Shown one piece after another: positions 8,997 to 21,229 of a DNA stretch of 60,653 bases (the first letter of the stretch is position 1; each line of letters opens with the position of its first letter). This DNA comes from Candidatus Epulonipiscium sp. (GTDB taxonomy: Bacteria; Bacillota; Clostridia; Lachnospirales; Defluviitaleaceae). The DNA is taken from positions 1 to 60,653 of the forward strand of contig JAAYMW010000036.1 of NCBI GenBank assembly GCA_012521175.1. Reading direction: 5' to 3'. The notes under the pieces are model-generated. The model did no database searches. It was given only the letters and a program-made list of their open reading frames with translations, and was not told where the DNA came from. Position numbers and translations under genes: made by a program.

Positions 8997-11339
8997 ATGA
9001 GCATGAATTCAAATCCAATATTGAATGGAGATTCCGAATTACTAACAGCAGCCTTGGCGGGTATCGGCGATGGATTAATTATAGCCAATCCTGAAGGGAA
9101 AATCCTTTATATCAATTCGGTTACGAGCACAATCACCGGATGGAATGCCGATGAAGCCTATAAAACGAATATTAGAGATGTATTTAAAATTGTTAATATG
9201 TATACCAATAAAATATTAGAGAACCCTATCGAACAGGCACTTAAAACAAGACATACCGTCGGCCTTCAGAATAACTCTGCTCTGATCACCAAAGATGGAA
9301 GTAAAAAATTCATTTCAGCCAGTTGCTCTCCTATGCAATCTTCCCATGGGAATATTCTGGGAGTGGTTATCGTATTTAGGGAAATTCACCGCATTAAACA
9401 GATGGAAGAAAAGCTTAGATTAGAAAAAGACAATCTTCAGACTTTATTTGAATTTATTCCTATGGGGGTCATTTTAATTGATAGAAACACTGTGATTAAA
9501 CAGGTGAACAGAGCTTTTTTAAATATGATGGAATTGCAAACTTCAAATCTTTTAGGACAGAAGTTGGGAGATGGGGTATGCTGTTTAGGAATTCGCCGTG
9601 AAGAATGTGGATTGGACGGAGAGTGTTCATCCTGCCTTATCAGGAAAACGATCAATAAAGTCTTTGAATCAGGTACGTCCTATAATGAAATCATTGTTCC
9701 TCGAATAAATTGTAAGAATGAAAAAGAAATCGAATCCTGGTATCGAATCAACTTTCTTCCTATTACCATTGCAATGGAAAATCATGTGATGATTTCTATA
9801 GAAGACATTACACACGATAAAATACATTCTGAAACGCTTAAAAGGGCAAAAGAGGAGGCAGAAGCGGCCAATAGAGCCAAAAGTGAATTTCTTGCGAATA
9901 TGAGTCATGAAATTCGCACCCCTGTTAATGGGATTGTAGGAATGATCGATTTAACATTGCTTACTGACCTTAATGAGGAACAGAGAGAAAACCTCAATAC
10001 TGCAAAGATATGTGGCAAATCTCTTTTGAACATCATCAATGATATTTTGGATTTTTCCAAAATGGAAGCTGGAAAACTTAAAATTCGTCATATTCTTTTT
10101 AATCTTCAGAATCTCATGGATAAAACCATAAAAAGCCATTTGGTCAGTGCAGATGAAAAAGGGTTAAAACTGGTATATTCTATTTCTCCTGATGTGCCTC
10201 ATTATTTAGTTGGGGACCCTGACAGAGTTCAGCAGGTACTCAACAATTTAATCAGCAATGCAGTAAAATTTACTGAAAAAGGTGAAATTGTTGTTACTGT
10301 AGAAAATATTGCTACTTCCGGTGATTTTATAGAGCTTAAGTTTTTGGTTTCTGATACAGGCATAGGGATTCCACGGAATGCAATGGATAAACTTTTTAAG
10401 AGTTTTAGTCAAATAGATGGATCATATACCAAAAAATATAAAGGAACAGGTTTAGGCCTCGCTATCAGCAAACAACTGGTTGAACTGATGGGCGGGAAAA
10501 TTTGGGTTGAAAGTGAAGAAGGTGAGGGCAGTACCTTTTACTTTACCCTTTCTTTTAAGATAGGAAGTCAATTAGAAGAAAAACCTGTGGAGCAGCCAGT
10601 GATTTATAAATCAAAAAAAGTTTTAAACATTCTTTTAGCAGAAGACGATTACATTAATCAAATTGTGATTTCTCGTATGTTGGAGAAAAAAGGTCATTTT
10701 GTAGATGTTGTAGATAATGGACAAGAAGCAGTAGCTGCTCACCAAAAGAAGCAATACGATGTGATACTTATGGACATCCAAATGCCTGTAATGGACGGGA
10801 TTGAGGCGGTAAAACACATTAGAGAAAGAGATGGGGCTAATCATTATACTCCAATTATTGCACTTACTGCTTTTGCACTACAGGGAGACAAAGAACGATT
10901 TATGAATTTAGGGATGGATGACTATATTGCAAAACCTGTTAAGATGGAAGAATTATTTAATATTATTGAGTGTGTTCTGGAGACAAATCGTCAACCATTT
11001 AATTTTAATGAAGTTCCCAGATTGAATGAAAAAGGAGAATTAATATTTGTCCATCCATCAGAATTAAAAACTCCTGAAGTGTTAAGCTCTGCCATTCATG
11101 AAGCAGATGAAATGATTAAGTTACTTTTTAGAAGTTTAGAAGAAAATGATTTAGATAAAATTGAAATAACTGCCCATCGTCTAAAGGAATTTTTTAATCA
11201 AAATGATCTTGAGGAATTAAAAAACCATGCGTTTAAAATAGAGTTGGCAGTAAGAAGAGGAAATCTTAAAGCTGCGGTAGAGAACGCTATAGAATTAAGA
11301 TTTGGTCTTGAGACATATAAAAAATCTGCTGATCTTTAG
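8997..11339 (+). CDS. Cytoplasmic hybrid histidine kinase (PAS-PAS-HisKA-HATPase-REC, degenerate HPt-like tail)
   Basis: [13 protein letters not shown]-box, [24 protein letters not shown] and receiver [12 protein letters not shown]. Start placed at ATG 8997 (GGCAGGTG RBS); the ORF track starts at 8964. Confidence 0.92.
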   Translation: MSMNSNPILNGDSELLTAALAGIGDGLIIANPEGKILYINSVTSTITGWNADEAYKTNIRDVFKIVNMYTNKILENPIEQALKTRHTVGLQNNSALITKDGSKKFISASCSPMQSSHGNILGVVIVFREIHRIKQMEEKLRLEKDNLQTLFEFIPMGVILIDRNTVIKQVNRAFLNMMELQTSNLLGQKLGDGVCCLGIRREECGLDGECSSCLIRKTINKVFESGTSYNEIIVPRINCKNEKEIESWYRINFLPITIAMENHVMISIEDITHDKIHSETLKRAKEEAEAANRAKSEFLANMSHEIRTPVNGIVGMIDLTLLTDLNEEQRENLNTAKICGKSLLNIINDILDFSKMEAGKLKIRHILFNLQNLMDKTIKSHLVSADEKGLKLVYSISPDVPHYLVGDPDRVQQVLNNLISNAVKFTEKGEIVVTVENIATSGDFIELKFLVSDTGIGIPRNAMDKLFKSFSQIDGSYTKKYKGTGLGLAISKQLVELMGGKIWVESEEGEGSTFYFTLSFKIGSQLEEKPVEQPVIYKSKKVLNILLAEDDYINQIVISRMLEKKGHFVDVVDNGQEAVAAHQKKQYDVILMDIQMPVMDGIEAVKHIRERDGANHYTPIIALTAFALQGDKERFMNLGMDDYIAKPVKMEELFNIIECVLETNRQPFNFNEVPRLNEKGELIFVHPSELKTPEVLSSAIHEADEMIKLLFRSLEENDLDKIEITAHRLKEFFNQNDLEELKNHAFKIELAVRRGNLKAAVENAIELRFGLETYKKSADL

Positions 11340-11349
11340 GAGGGGGAAT

Positions 11350-11766
11350 ATGTTAAAAATATTAATTGCAGAAGATGATTTGGCAAGCAGACAATTTTTA
11401 AAAAAATTCCTTTCAAAATATGGGGAATGCGATATTGTAGTGGATGGTTTGGAAGCCATAGATGCCTATATGCTTGCTATGAGGGAGAAAAAACCCTATG
11501 ATTTAATTTGTTTGGATATTATGATGCCAAAGATTGACGGAGTAAAAGTTTTAAAAGCCATTAGAGATATGGAGGCTCAAAATTTCATCTTGCCGGAAAA
11601 AAGAGTGAAAATCATAATGATTACAGCTTTGGCTGAGGCGGAATTGGTACAAACAGCATTCCAGTATGGTTGCGAGGCTTATGCTTCAAAGCCTATCGAT
11701 ATTGATAAATTTGTAGAAGTAATGGAAAAATTAGAGCTTATTCCTAAAAAAGAATCTAAGGAATAA
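11350..11766 (+). CDS. Single-domain response regulator
   Basis: ILIAEDD, LDIMMP, MITAL and SKP receiver motifs; ATG 11350 follows AGGAGGGG. Confidence 0.9.
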   Translation: MLKILIAEDDLASRQFLKKFLSKYGECDIVVDGLEAIDAYMLAMREKKPYDLICLDIMMPKIDGVKVLKAIRDMEAQNFILPEKRVKIIMITALAEAELVQTAFQYGCEAYASKPIDIDKFVEVMEKLELIPKKESKE

Positions 11767-11778
11767 ATCTATTTCTTC

Positions 11779-11807
11779 TTGACAAAGTAAAGGACCTATG
11801 ATAACAT
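11779..11807 (+). promoter_or_regulatory. SigA promoter of the pyr operon
   Basis: TTGACA-N17-TAACAT with a TG extension. Confidence 0.75.
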
Positions 11808-11844
11808 TATCGAAAAAATAATGTTGAAATGGATAGCGCATTTC

Positions 11845-12051
11845 GACCTTTAAATTGGTCCCGTGAGGCCGGAAAGGAAGAGATTTAGATGCGAGGCATC
11901 AGTGCGTTCTTTTATTATGGAAAAATTACAACTGAATACAAGGAAAAAGGCATGGTAGATTTTAATTTTCTGCCTGGCTTTATATTTTCTTTTTTAGAAA
12001 GGTATAAAAAGGCAATAGAGAGATTGTATACAATCTCTTTATTGCCTTTTT
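11845..12051 (+). promoter_or_regulatory. PyrR-binding attenuator leader
   Basis: CCTTTAA..GGTCCCGTGAGGCC..AAGG matches the PyrR binding loop. A near-perfect terminator palindrome lies at 12006-12051, before pyrB. Confidence 0.88.
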
Positions 12052-12077
12052 CTGTGCGCTGAAAAAAGGAGGGAACA

Positions 12078-13079
12078 GTGATGCTAAGACGTAAGGATAT
12101 TTTAGGGATAAGAGATTTAAACTGTGAAGAAATTCTACACATTTTAGAAACAGCCAAAGATATGAAAGAAAAGATTGGGAACAAAAAAGCAAGGGAAAAA
12201 AGTCTTCAGAATTTCAGTGTAGTAACTCTGTTTTATGAGAACAGTACGAGGACCAGGATGTCTTTTGCTCTGGCCGGAGAGTACTTAGGAGCAGAGGTTG
12301 CTGATCTAGGGGTAGCTACGAGCAGTGTGAATAAAGGAGAAAGTTTGGTAGATACAGGAATAACCTTAGATCAAATGGGCATTGACATTATGGTTATAAG
12401 GCACAGTATGTCGGGAGCAGCCAATGTCCTCGCAAGAAATGTTAGGGCCTCTGTGATTAACGCAGGGGATGGTGTGAATGAGCATCCTACACAAGCCCTC
12501 TTAGATTTATACACCATCTTTGAAAAAAAGAAAAATTTTAAAGATTTAAAAGTAGCCATCATAGGCGATATCATCCATAGCCGAGTTGCAAGAAGCAATG
12601 TATTTGGACTTACAAAATTAGGTGCCCATGTGGTGGTAGGAGGACCTTCCACGTTGATTTCTAAAAACATGGAGTACTTAGGGGCAAAGGTTACAACGGA
12701 TATTAAGGAAGCCTTAAGGGATGCAGATATCGTTATGGGACTCAGAATCCAACTGGAAAGACAAAAGGGAGGACTTTTCCCCGATCTTAGGGAATACAGA
12801 GGCTTGTTTGGAATAGACGAAGAGATGCTAAAATATGCAAAAGCGGATGCCCTTCTAATGCATCCGGGGCCAGTCAATCGCGGCATTGAATTAAGTACAG
12901 AAATTATTGATGGACATCAATCCGTCATTAATGAGCAGGTGAAAAACGGCGTTGCTGTCAGAATGGCGTTACTACACTTATTAGCAGAGGAGAGAAAAAG
13001 AAATGAAGATACTCATTCAAAATGGACGCATACTCGATCCTTCATCCAAAACCGATGGGATCAAAGATATACTGGTTGA
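12078..13079 (+). CDS. pyrB: Aspartate carbamoyltransferase catalytic subunit
   Basis: FYENSTRT, NAGDG..EHPTQALLD, HPGPVNRG and NGVAVRMA motifs. Confidence 0.96.
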   Translation: MMLRRKDILGIRDLNCEEILHILETAKDMKEKIGNKKAREKSLQNFSVVTLFYENSTRTRMSFALAGEYLGAEVADLGVATSSVNKGESLVDTGITLDQMGIDIMVIRHSMSGAANVLARNVRASVINAGDGVNEHPTQALLDLYTIFEKKKNFKDLKVAIIGDIIHSRVARSNVFGLTKLGAHVVVGGPSTLISKNMEYLGAKVTTDIKEALRDADIVMGLRIQLERQKGGLFPDLREYRGLFGIDEEMLKYAKADALLMHPGPVNRGIELSTEIIDGHQSVINEQVKNGVAVRMALLHLLAEERKRNEDTHSKWTHTRSFIQNRWDQRYTG

Positions 13080-14289
13080 AAACAGAGTGATTGTAGCTGT
13101 TGAAGAAAAAATCACCACATCGGCAGACAAAACCATAGATGCTAAAGGATATTGGGTTACTCCGGGACTTATCGATGTACATGTGCACCTAAGGGAACCG
13201 GGATATGAATACAAAGAAACGATAAAAACAGGAAGCAGGGCCGCAGCAAAGGGCGGATATACTACTATATGCTGTATGCCCAATACTAATCCGGTAATTG
13301 ATAACGAGATCCTTGTAGAATACATCAAGATGAAAGCGGAACGAGAAGCCATTGTAAATGTTCTTCCCATAGGAAGCATTACCAAAGGTCAAAAGGGGGA
13401 AGAACTTGCTAATATCGGGAAGATGGCTCAGGCTGGAATTTGCGCCATCAGTGAAGATGGCAAGAGTGTGATGAATGCAGGGCTTCTTAAAAAAGCCATG
13501 AAATATGTCAGCATGTTTAATCTTCCGGTATTTTCCCACTGTGAAGATCCGACTCTGGTAGGAGGCGGTGTTATGAATGCTGGAGAAATGGCAGAGAGAA
13601 TGGGGATGAAAGGGATTGGAGCCGATTCAGAGGAAGTGATTGTGGCAAGGGATATTATCCTGGCAAGAAATACGGGAGTTAAACTTCATATTTGCCATAT
13701 CAGTACCGCAGGAAGTGTTCAACTGGTACGGGAAGCAAAACAAAGGGGAGAGGCTGTTAGTGCAGAGGTTTGTCCGCATCACTTTTCGCTGACCGATGAA
13801 GCAGTAGAGGATTATGATGCCAATACAAAAATGAATCCTCCTCTTAGAAGTGCCGAAGATGTAAAGAGCTTAAAAGAAGGATTGAAAGATAACACGATAG
13901 AAATCATAGCCACTGACCATGCACCCCACCATATGGATGAGAAAAACTGTGAGTATGACCGAGCGGCTTTTGGGATTGTAGGATTGGAAACTGCCCTGCC
14001 CCTAGGGATTACCCATTTGGTAGAAGAAAACATATTAACACCCATGGAGCTTATAGAAAAAATGAGCACCAATCCGGCAAAGCTTTTGGGAATAGATAAG
14101 GGTTCGCTTCAAGTTGGAAAAATTGCAGATATCACCATCATTGACCCTGATGAAGAGTATGCAATTGACGTTAACACCTTTGCTTCTAAAAGCAAGAACA
14201 GTCCTTTTCACGGCCATTGGGTTAAAGGAAGAGTTAAATATACCATCGTGGGGGGAAAGATTGTTTTAAATAATGGAGAGTTGGTATAA
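13003..14289 (+). CDS. pyrC: Dihydroorotase
   Basis: DVHVHLREPG, MPNTNP, KMNPPLR and ATDHAPH motifs. Confidence 0.96.
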   Translation: MKILIQNGRILDPSSKTDGIKDILVENRVIVAVEEKITTSADKTIDAKGYWVTPGLIDVHVHLREPGYEYKETIKTGSRAAAKGGYTTICCMPNTNPVIDNEILVEYIKMKAEREAIVNVLPIGSITKGQKGEELANIGKMAQAGICAISEDGKSVMNAGLLKKAMKYVSMFNLPVFSHCEDPTLVGGGVMNAGEMAERMGMKGIGADSEEVIVARDIILARNTGVKLHICHISTAGSVQLVREAKQRGEAVSAEVCPHHFSLTDEAVEDYDANTKMNPPLRSAEDVKSLKEGLKDNTIEIIATDHAPHHMDEKNCEYDRAAFGIVGLETALPLGITHLVEENILTPMELIEKMSTNPAKLLGIDKGSLQVGKIADITIIDPDEEYAIDVNTFASKSKNSPFHGHWVKGRVKYTIVGGKIVLNNGELV

Positions 14290-14323
14290 ACATTCAACGA
14301 AACATGTATAAGGGGGAATAAAA

Positions 14324-15247
14324 ATGATTGATCGATTAATAGAAAAGATAGAAAAGACAAAGAATCCGACCGTAGTAGGTTTAGATCCAAGACTTGGTTT
14401 CATACCAGGGTTTATCAAAGAAAAAGCTTATGACCTTCATGGGAAAACGCCAAAGGCTGTGGCGTGGGCCTTTTATGAATTTAATAAAGCTATCATTGAT
14501 GCAGTCTATGACCTCATCCCAGCAGTAAAACCTCAAATTGCCATGTATGAACAATACGGACCTGAAGGAATTAAGGCTTATATCGATACTATTTTATATG
14601 CGAAAGAAAAAGGGCTTATCGTAATCGGAGATGTTAAAAGAAGCGATATTGCCTCTACTGCAGAAGCTTATGCGGACGGCCATATCGGAAGGGTTAAAGT
14701 AGAAGATGAAATCCATGAAGTTTATCATGAAGACTCTATTACCCTTAATCCTTATCTTGGCTATGATTCTATAGAACCTTATATGAACCACTGTAAGATG
14801 TACGATAAAGGCTTATTTATTCTCGTTAAAACTTCCAATCCCAACAGTGGAGAAATTCAAGATTTAGATATAAGAGGAGAAAAGCTTTACGAAAGAGTAG
14901 GAGCACTCGTTTCCAAATGGGGAGAAAAAGTCATGGGAAAACGGGGATACAGTCATATTGGTGCTGTGGTTGGGGCTACCTATCCGGAACAAGGGACTAG
15001 ACTTAGACAATTAATGCCCCATACCTTCTTTCTGGTGCCGGGGTACGGTGCTCAGGGGGCAACGGCTAAAGATTTAGCAGGATGCTTTGATCAAAACGGT
15101 TTAGGCGCCATTGTAAATTCCTCAAGGGGTATTATTGCTGCCTATCAATTAGAGAAATACAAAAATCAATTTACTGAAAAGGAGTTTGCCCAGGCTTCAA
15201 GAGAAGCAGTTATTGATATGAGAAAAGATTTAGAAAGGGTGTTATGA
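14324..15247 (+). CDS. pyrF: Orotidine-5'-phosphate decarboxylase
   Basis: VGLDP, DVKRSDIAST, VVGAT and VPGYGAQG motifs. Confidence 0.95.
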   Translation: MIDRLIEKIEKTKNPTVVGLDPRLGFIPGFIKEKAYDLHGKTPKAVAWAFYEFNKAIIDAVYDLIPAVKPQIAMYEQYGPEGIKAYIDTILYAKEKGLIVIGDVKRSDIASTAEAYADGHIGRVKVEDEIHEVYHEDSITLNPYLGYDSIEPYMNHCKMYDKGLFILVKTSNPNSGEIQDLDIRGEKLYERVGALVSKWGEKVMGKRGYSHIGAVVGATYPEQGTRLRQLMPHTFFLVPGYGAQGATAKDLAGCFDQNGLGAIVNSSRGIIAAYQLEKYKNQFTEKEFAQASREAVIDMRKDLERVL

Positions 15248-16326
15248 TGAAAGCACAACTGATACTGGAAAATGGAATGGTTTTTGAAGGAAAAGCCTTT
15301 GGACATATCAAAGAGAGCGTTGGAGAAGTTGTGTTTAATACGGGGATGACAGGGTATCAGGAAGTATTAACCGATCCTTCCTACTATGGACAGATTGTAA
15401 CAATGACCTATCCGTTGATTGGAAATTACGGCATTAACCTGGATGATATGGAGTCAAAGAGTGCCAAGGTAAGAGGATTTATAGTAAGAGAAAAAGCAGA
15501 TTATCCGAATAACTGGCGATGCGAAATGGAATTGGACGGCTATTTAAAACAAAATAGAATCATAGGTTTAGAAGGCATTGATACAAGAGCTTTGACTAAA
15601 ATTCTCAGAAATCACGGTACAATGAAAGGGATTATAACGGTACGGGAACTTACTCAGAGCCAAATCAATCAGAAGCTTAAAGCTTTTCATAATACAAATG
15701 CCGTTGCAGAAGTAACAACAAAAGAAATTTATGAAATTGAGGGAAGTGGGAAGCATATTGCAGTGATGGACTTTGGTATTAAAGAAAATATCATTCGCTC
15801 CTTTAAAAAAAGAGGATGCAAACTCACCATTTTCCCAGCAGATACCCCTGCAGAAGAAATATTAAAAGTCAATCCTGACGGCATCTTTCTCTCCAATGGT
15901 CCTGGGGACCCCAAGGATTTACCTGAAGTCATTCATACAATCAAAACGCTCATAGGTAAAAAGCCTGTTTTTGGCATTTGTCTTGGTCATCAACTTCTGG
16001 CTCTAAGCCTTGGAGGGAATACAGAAAAATTGAAATTTGGACATAGGGGCTGCAACCATCCTGTAAAAGATTTATTTGAAAACAAAGTATATATTACCTC
16101 ACAAAATCACGGTTATGTGGTCACAGACCTGCCGGAGGATATGATAAAAACCCATATCAATCTCAATGATGGAACCATAGAGGGTATGATGCATAGAAAA
16201 CTTCCGATATTCAGCGTTCAGTTTCATCCGGAAGCTTGTCCGGGACCTAAGGATACAGCATATATCTTCGATAGGTTTATGGAATTGATGGAAGGAGGAT
16301 TCCCATGCCAAAAGATCACAGCATAA
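15244..16326 (+). CDS. carA: Carbamoyl-phosphate synthase small subunit
   Basis: [29 protein letters not shown] and QFHPE motifs. Confidence 0.97.
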   Translation: MMKAQLILENGMVFEGKAFGHIKESVGEVVFNTGMTGYQEVLTDPSYYGQIVTMTYPLIGNYGINLDDMESKSAKVRGFIVREKADYPNNWRCEMELDGYLKQNRIIGLEGIDTRALTKILRNHGTMKGIITVRELTQSQINQKLKAFHNTNAVAEVTTKEIYEIEGSGKHIAVMDFGIKENIIRSFKKRGCKLTIFPADTPAEEILKVNPDGIFLSNGPGDPKDLPEVIHTIKTLIGKKPVFGICLGHQLLALSLGGNTEKLKFGHRGCNHPVKDLFENKVYITSQNHGYVVTDLPEDMIKTHINLNDGTIEGMMHRKLPIFSVQFHPEACPGPKDTAYIFDRFMELMEGGFPCQKITA

Positions 16327-19300
16327 AGAAAGTACTGGTGATAGGTTCAGGACCCATCATCATAGGACAGGCAGCAGAATTTGACTACTCAGGAACCCAA
16401 GCCTGTCAGGCGCTAAAAGAAGAAGGGGTTGAGGTGGTACTTATCAACAGCAACCCTGCCACCATTATGACAGATAAAGAAGTAGCAGATAAAATCTATA
16501 TCGAGCCTTTAACAGCCGAAATCATAGAAAAAATCATACAAAAGGAAAGACCGGATTCACTTTTGGCTGGTATGGGGGGACAGACGGGACTTAATCTAGC
16601 TGTAGAGCTTTATGACAAAGGAATACTGGAAAAATACAATGTGCGGGTGATAGGTACGCCGATTGAAGCCATCAAAGAAGGGGAAGACCGTGAGGGATTC
16701 AAGAAGTTGATGGAGCGAATCGGTCAGCCGATTGTTGAAAGTGAAATTGTAACCAATCTTGAAGACGGGATAAGATTTGCCGGGAAAATCGGATATCCTG
16801 TGGTGGTTCGTCCCGCATACACTCTGGGAGGAACTGGGGGTGGCATTGCAGAAAGCGAAGACGAGTTAAGAGAAATCCTTTCTCAGGGACTTCATTTAAG
16901 TAGAGTGGGGCAAGTCCTTTTAGAAAAAAGTATCAAAGGCTGGAAAGAGATAGAATATGAAGTCATAAGAGACCGATACGGCAACTGCATTACCGTATGC
17001 AATATGGAAAATATTGATCCGGTTGGGGTACATACCGGAGACAGTATCGTGGTTGCCCCAAGCCAGACCCTTTCTGATCAAGAATACCAAATGCTTCGCT
17101 CAGCATCCATAGATATTATCAATGCCATAGGCATTCAAGGAGGCTGTAATGTACAACTTGCCCTTAATCCCAATAGTTTTGAATATGTAGTTATAGAAAT
17201 CAATCCAAGGGTAAGCCGTTCATCAGCCCTCGCTTCTAAGGCAACTGGCTACCCCATTGCCAAAGTAGCCGCTAAAATCGCCCTGGGCTATGGCTTGGAC
17301 GAAATCAAAAATGCAGTAACCGGTAAAACCTACGCTTGTTTTGAGCCTACTTTGGATTATGTGGTGGTGAAAATTCCTAAATGGCCTTTTGATAAATTTC
17401 ACGGTGCAAAGCGTTCACTTGGAACCAAAATGATGGCAACGGGAGAAGTGATGGCTATAGGCAATAATTTTGAAGCTGCCCTTTTAAAAGGCATTCGTTC
17501 CCTTGAAATCGGACAGTATTCTTTAGAAAGAAAATCCTCTTCCCAAAGAACTTTGGAAGAATTAAAGAAAAGGGTGCAGGTTCCCGATGATGAGAGAATC
17601 TTTGATTTAGCTGAGATGCTTCGAAGAAGCTACCGTGTGGAAAAAGTGTGTAAAATCACAGGAATAGATCCTTTCTTTGTGGAAAAAATCAGATGGATTG
17701 TGGAACAAGAAGAAATTTTAAAACAGATGAAAGTAGAAGATTTAACCAAAGAATACCTCTATATGTTAAAGAAGAAGGGATTTTCAGATAAGGGTATTGC
17801 AGATTTCTTAAACATTAGTCCCCAGGACGTATATAGCCTAAGAATGAAATGGAATATCAAACCGGTCTATAAAATGGTCGACACCTGCGGCGGAGAATTC
17901 GAAGCGGAATCTCCCTACTACTACTCCACCTATGATGAATACGATGAAGTGGAAGTATCGGACAATAAAAAGGTTATGGTAATTGGCTCGGGGCCGATTA
18001 GAATCGGTCAGGGGATAGAATTTGACTACTGTTCGGTACACAGTGTCTTAGCTTTAAAGAAGGCAGGGATCGAAACCGTTATAGTCAATAACAACCCCGA
18101 AACAGTTAGTACGGACTTTAATATCTCCGATAAATTATACTTTGAACCCCTTACAGAAGAAGATGTTCTAAACATTGTAGAAAAGGAAAAGCCGGACGGA
18201 GTAATCCTTCAATTCGGGGGACAAACTGCAATTAAACTTGCAAAATTCTTTAGAGAAATGAATATTCCAATCTACGGAACTAAGCCTGAACAAATCGATG
18301 CCGCAGAAGACAGGGAAAAATTCGATGCCCTTTTAGAAAAGCTAGATATCAAACGCCCTAAAGGGAAGGCAGTCTGGACTCTTGAAGAAGGTTTAAAAGA
18401 AGCAAAAGCTCTGGGTTATCCTGTACTGGTTCGTCCATCCTATGTCTTAGGAGGACAGGGAATGGAAATCACCTATCATGAGGAAGAATTAAAACAGTAT
18501 TTAGGCAATGCTTTTGAAAGAGACTCTAAAAATCCGGTGTTGATTGATAGATATTTGACCGGACGGGAAATAGAAGTGGACGCTATTTGCGACGGAGAAG
18601 ATATCTTAATCCCTGGAATTATGGAGCATCTTGAAAGAGCGGGAGTGCATTCGGGAGACAGTATTACCATATACCCAAGTCAAAATATCTCTCCAAGGAT
18701 GAAAGAAAGAATTCTTGACTACACGAAGCGGGTGGCTCTTGCCCTGGATGTTATAGGAATGGTGAATATACAGTTTATAGAGTTTGAAAATGAATTATAC
18801 ATTATCGAAGTCAATCCCAGATCCAGCCGTACTGTGCCTTATATCAGCAAGGTGACCGGTGTACCGGTTATAGAACTTGCTACAAGAGTCATGCTTGGAG
18901 AACGTTTAAAGGAATTAGGATATGGGGTAGATCTTTATAAGGAAGCAGAACTTGTTGCCGTCAAAGTACCGGTTTTTTCTACAGAAAAACTTCCTATGGT
19001 GGAAGTAAGCTTAGGACCTGAAATGCGTTCCACAGGAGAAGTGCTGGGAGTGGGGAAAACTTTAGAGGAAGCCCTGTATAAAGGATTTATTGCGGCAGGA
19101 ATTCATGTTCCAAAGCAAAACGGCACCATCCTTGCAACCATCAAACCCTACGACCAAGAAGAGTTTGTATCGATTGCAAAGACTTTTAAAGAAAAAGGTT
19201 ACCGCTTTATCGCAACAGAAGGAACAGCAAAACTCTTAGAAAAAGTGAACATTTCTGTAACCGAGGTTAAAAAGATTAGTGAAGGGGTTCCTAATATATT

Positions 19301-19526
19301 AGATAGTATCAGAAGCGGTATGATTGATATCGTAATTAATACGCCGACCAAAGGGAACGACTCCAAAAGAGATGGTTTTAGAATCAGAAGAGCAGCCATA
19401 GAATCTTCCGTAAATATCTTTACATCCCTGGATACAGTGAAGGCAATGTTAAAGGTGATGGATGTCAACTTAAATTTAGCTGAGGTAGGCATATATGATT
19501 TAGGAGGAAGCCATGAAAGAAATTAA
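16305..19526 (+). CDS. carB: Carbamoyl-phosphate synthase large subunit
   Basis: [17 protein letters not shown], duplicated ATP-grasp halves and a C-terminal MGS domain. Confidence 0.97.
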   Translation: MPKDHSIKKVLVIGSGPIIIGQAAEFDYSGTQACQALKEEGVEVVLINSNPATIMTDKEVADKIYIEPLTAEIIEKIIQKERPDSLLAGMGGQTGLNLAVELYDKGILEKYNVRVIGTPIEAIKEGEDREGFKKLMERIGQPIVESEIVTNLEDGIRFAGKIGYPVVVRPAYTLGGTGGGIAESEDELREILSQGLHLSRVGQVLLEKSIKGWKEIEYEVIRDRYGNCITVCNMENIDPVGVHTGDSIVVAPSQTLSDQEYQMLRSASIDIINAIGIQGGCNVQLALNPNSFEYVVIEINPRVSRSSALASKATGYPIAKVAAKIALGYGLDEIKNAVTGKTYACFEPTLDYVVVKIPKWPFDKFHGAKRSLGTKMMATGEVMAIGNNFEAALLKGIRSLEIGQYSLERKSSSQRTLEELKKRVQVPDDERIFDLAEMLRRSYRVEKVCKITGIDPFFVEKIRWIVEQEEILKQMKVEDLTKEYLYMLKKKGFSDKGIADFLNISPQDVYSLRMKWNIKPVYKMVDTCGGEFEAESPYYYSTYDEYDEVEVSDNKKVMVIGSGPIRIGQGIEFDYCSVHSVLALKKAGIETVIVNNNPETVSTDFNISDKLYFEPLTEEDVLNIVEKEKPDGVILQFGGQTAIKLAKFFREMNIPIYGTKPEQIDAAEDREKFDALLEKLDIKRPKGKAVWTLEEGLKEAKALGYPVLVRPSYVLGGQGMEITYHEEELKQYLGNAFERDSKNPVLIDRYLTGREIEVDAICDGEDILIPGIMEHLERAGVHSGDSITIYPSQNISPRMKERILDYTKRVALALDVIGMVNIQFIEFENELYIIEVNPRSSRTVPYISKVTGVPVIELATRVMLGERLKELGYGVDLYKEAELVAVKVPVFSTEKLPMVEVSLGPEMRSTGEVLGVGKTLEEALYKGFIAAGIHVPKQNGTILATIKPYDQEEFVSIAKTFKEKGYRFIATEGTAKLLEKVNISVTEVKKISEGVPNILDSIRSGMIDIVINTPTKGNDSKRDGFRIRRAAIESSVNIFTSLDTVKAMLKVMDVNLNLAEVGIYDLGGSHERN

Positions 19527-20286
19527 GCATGTCATTGTACTGGAAAATCAAATGATAGCCCCCAAGATGTACAGCATGGCGCTGCAGTCAGAGGAGATCG
19601 TGCGTGTCGCAAAGCCAGGACAATTTGTCAATCTATACTGCAGGGGAGAAGCAAGGCTTCTCCCACGACCCATTAGTATATGTGAAATAAACAAGGAAGA
19701 AGGGAGCATTAACCTAATCTATGCAGTAGCAGGGAAAGGAACAGAGGAATTTAGCCGTATAGAAGAAGGAGAAACCATAGAAGTCCTGGGGCCATTAGGG
19801 AATGGTTTTATGATTGATAAAAGCAAAAAAAGAAATATTGTTGTAGGGGGAGGAGTCGGAACACCGCCGCTTCTTGAATTGGTAAAACATTTAAAAGGAG
19901 AAATAGATGTTTATCTTGGGTTTAGGAGTTATCCCATACTTGTTGAAGAATTTGAAAGGCTTGGGGCAAGGGTGCATATCGCAACGGAAGACGGTAGTGT
20001 AGATTTTAAAGGCAATGTTTTAGAGCTTCTTAAAAAGGAAAATGCAGTGGGGGATATTATCTATGCCTGTGGCCCCAAGCCGATGTTAAAAGCAGTGGCC
20101 CAGTGGGCAGCTTCAAAAAATATACCCATGCAGGTTTCTCTGGAGGAAAGAATGGCTTGTGGCATTGGAGTTTGTGTAGGCTGTGTATGCAAAACGAAGA
20201 AGCAAGATGAAGACGATTGGCAGTATAAAAAGGTATGCAAGGATGGTCCTGTATTTTGGAGCAATGAGGTGATATGGGATGAATAA
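19513..20286 (+). CDS. pyrK: Dihydroorotate dehydrogenase electron transfer subunit
   Basis: RPISI, GPLGNGF, GGGVG and [11 protein letters not shown]...C [2Fe-2S] motifs. Confidence 0.95.
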   Translation: MKEIKHVIVLENQMIAPKMYSMALQSEEIVRVAKPGQFVNLYCRGEARLLPRPISICEINKEEGSINLIYAVAGKGTEEFSRIEEGETIEVLGPLGNGFMIDKSKKRNIVVGGGVGTPPLLELVKHLKGEIDVYLGFRSYPILVEEFERLGARVHIATEDGSVDFKGNVLELLKKENAVGDIIYACGPKPMLKAVAQWAASKNIPMQVSLEERMACGIGVCVGCVCKTKKQDEDDWQYKKVCKDGPVFWSNEVIWDE

Positions 20287-21193
20287 AGAAAATTTAGATC
20301 TTAAGGTCAACATCGGAGGAGTGGTTTTAAAAAATCCAGTAACCGTTGCTTCCGGAACCTTTGGCTCTGGAAGAGAATTTGCAGAGTTTATTGACTTAAA
20401 CAGGTTAGGAGCCGTTACAGTAAAAGGGGTATCAAGTATTCCCTGGAAAGGAAATCCTGCCCCCAGAATTGCAGAAACTTATGGAGGGATGTTAAATAGT
20501 GTAGGACTGCAAAATCCAGGGGTTGAAGAGTTGATAAAGAATGACATCCCTTTTCTTAGACAATACGATACGAAAATCATTGTAAACATTGCAGGAAAGA
20601 CCATAGAGGAATACTGTGATGTGGCTGAAAAACTATCTCATGCAGATATCGATTTAATCGAGCTTAATATTTCCTGCCCCAATGTCAAAGAAGGGGGCGT
20701 AGCCTTTGGAATCGACGCCAGGATGGCTAAGGAAGTCACAAGGGAAGTAAAACGCCATTCTAAACATCCGGTTATTGTCAAGCTAAGTCCCAATGTAACT
20801 GATATCACCCAGATTGCTAAAGCTGTGGCAGAGGGAGGCGCCGACGGATTATCCCTCATTAATACTCTCCTTGGGATGGCGATAGACATTCACAGAAGAA
20901 AACCCATCCTTGCCAATGTTGTTGGGGGATTTTCCGGTCCAGCCATAAAGCCCGTTGCCCTTAGAATGGTATACCAGGTTGCCAAAGCCGTATCCCTTCC
21001 CATTATTGGCATGGGAGGCATCACTACAGGAGAGGATGCCATAGAGTTTATCCTGGCCGGTGCAACAGCCGTAGCCGTTGGCACTGCTAATTTCAGAAAC
21101 CCAAGAGCGACTATGGATGTACTGGATGGAATAAAAGAATACATGTTAAACAACGGGATTAAGTCCCTGGATGAAATAAGAGGAATAGTATAG
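20279..21193 (+). CDS. pyrD: Dihydroorotate dehydrogenase 1B catalytic subunit
   Basis: [23 protein letters not shown] and [10 protein letters not shown] motifs. Confidence 0.96.
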   Translation: MNKENLDLKVNIGGVVLKNPVTVASGTFGSGREFAEFIDLNRLGAVTVKGVSSIPWKGNPAPRIAETYGGMLNSVGLQNPGVEELIKNDIPFLRQYDTKIIVNIAGKTIEEYCDVAEKLSHADIDLIELNISCPNVKEGGVAFGIDARMAKEVTREVKRHSKHPVIVKLSPNVTDITQIAKAVAEGGADGLSLINTLLGMAIDIHRRKPILANVVGGFSGPAIKPVALRMVYQVAKAVSLPIIGMGGITTGEDAIEFILAGATAVAVGTANFRNPRATMDVLDGIKEYMLNNGIKSLDEIRGIV

Positions 21194-21229
21194 ATCATGG
21201 ATTAATAAAATAAAACTGGAGGAATAGAA

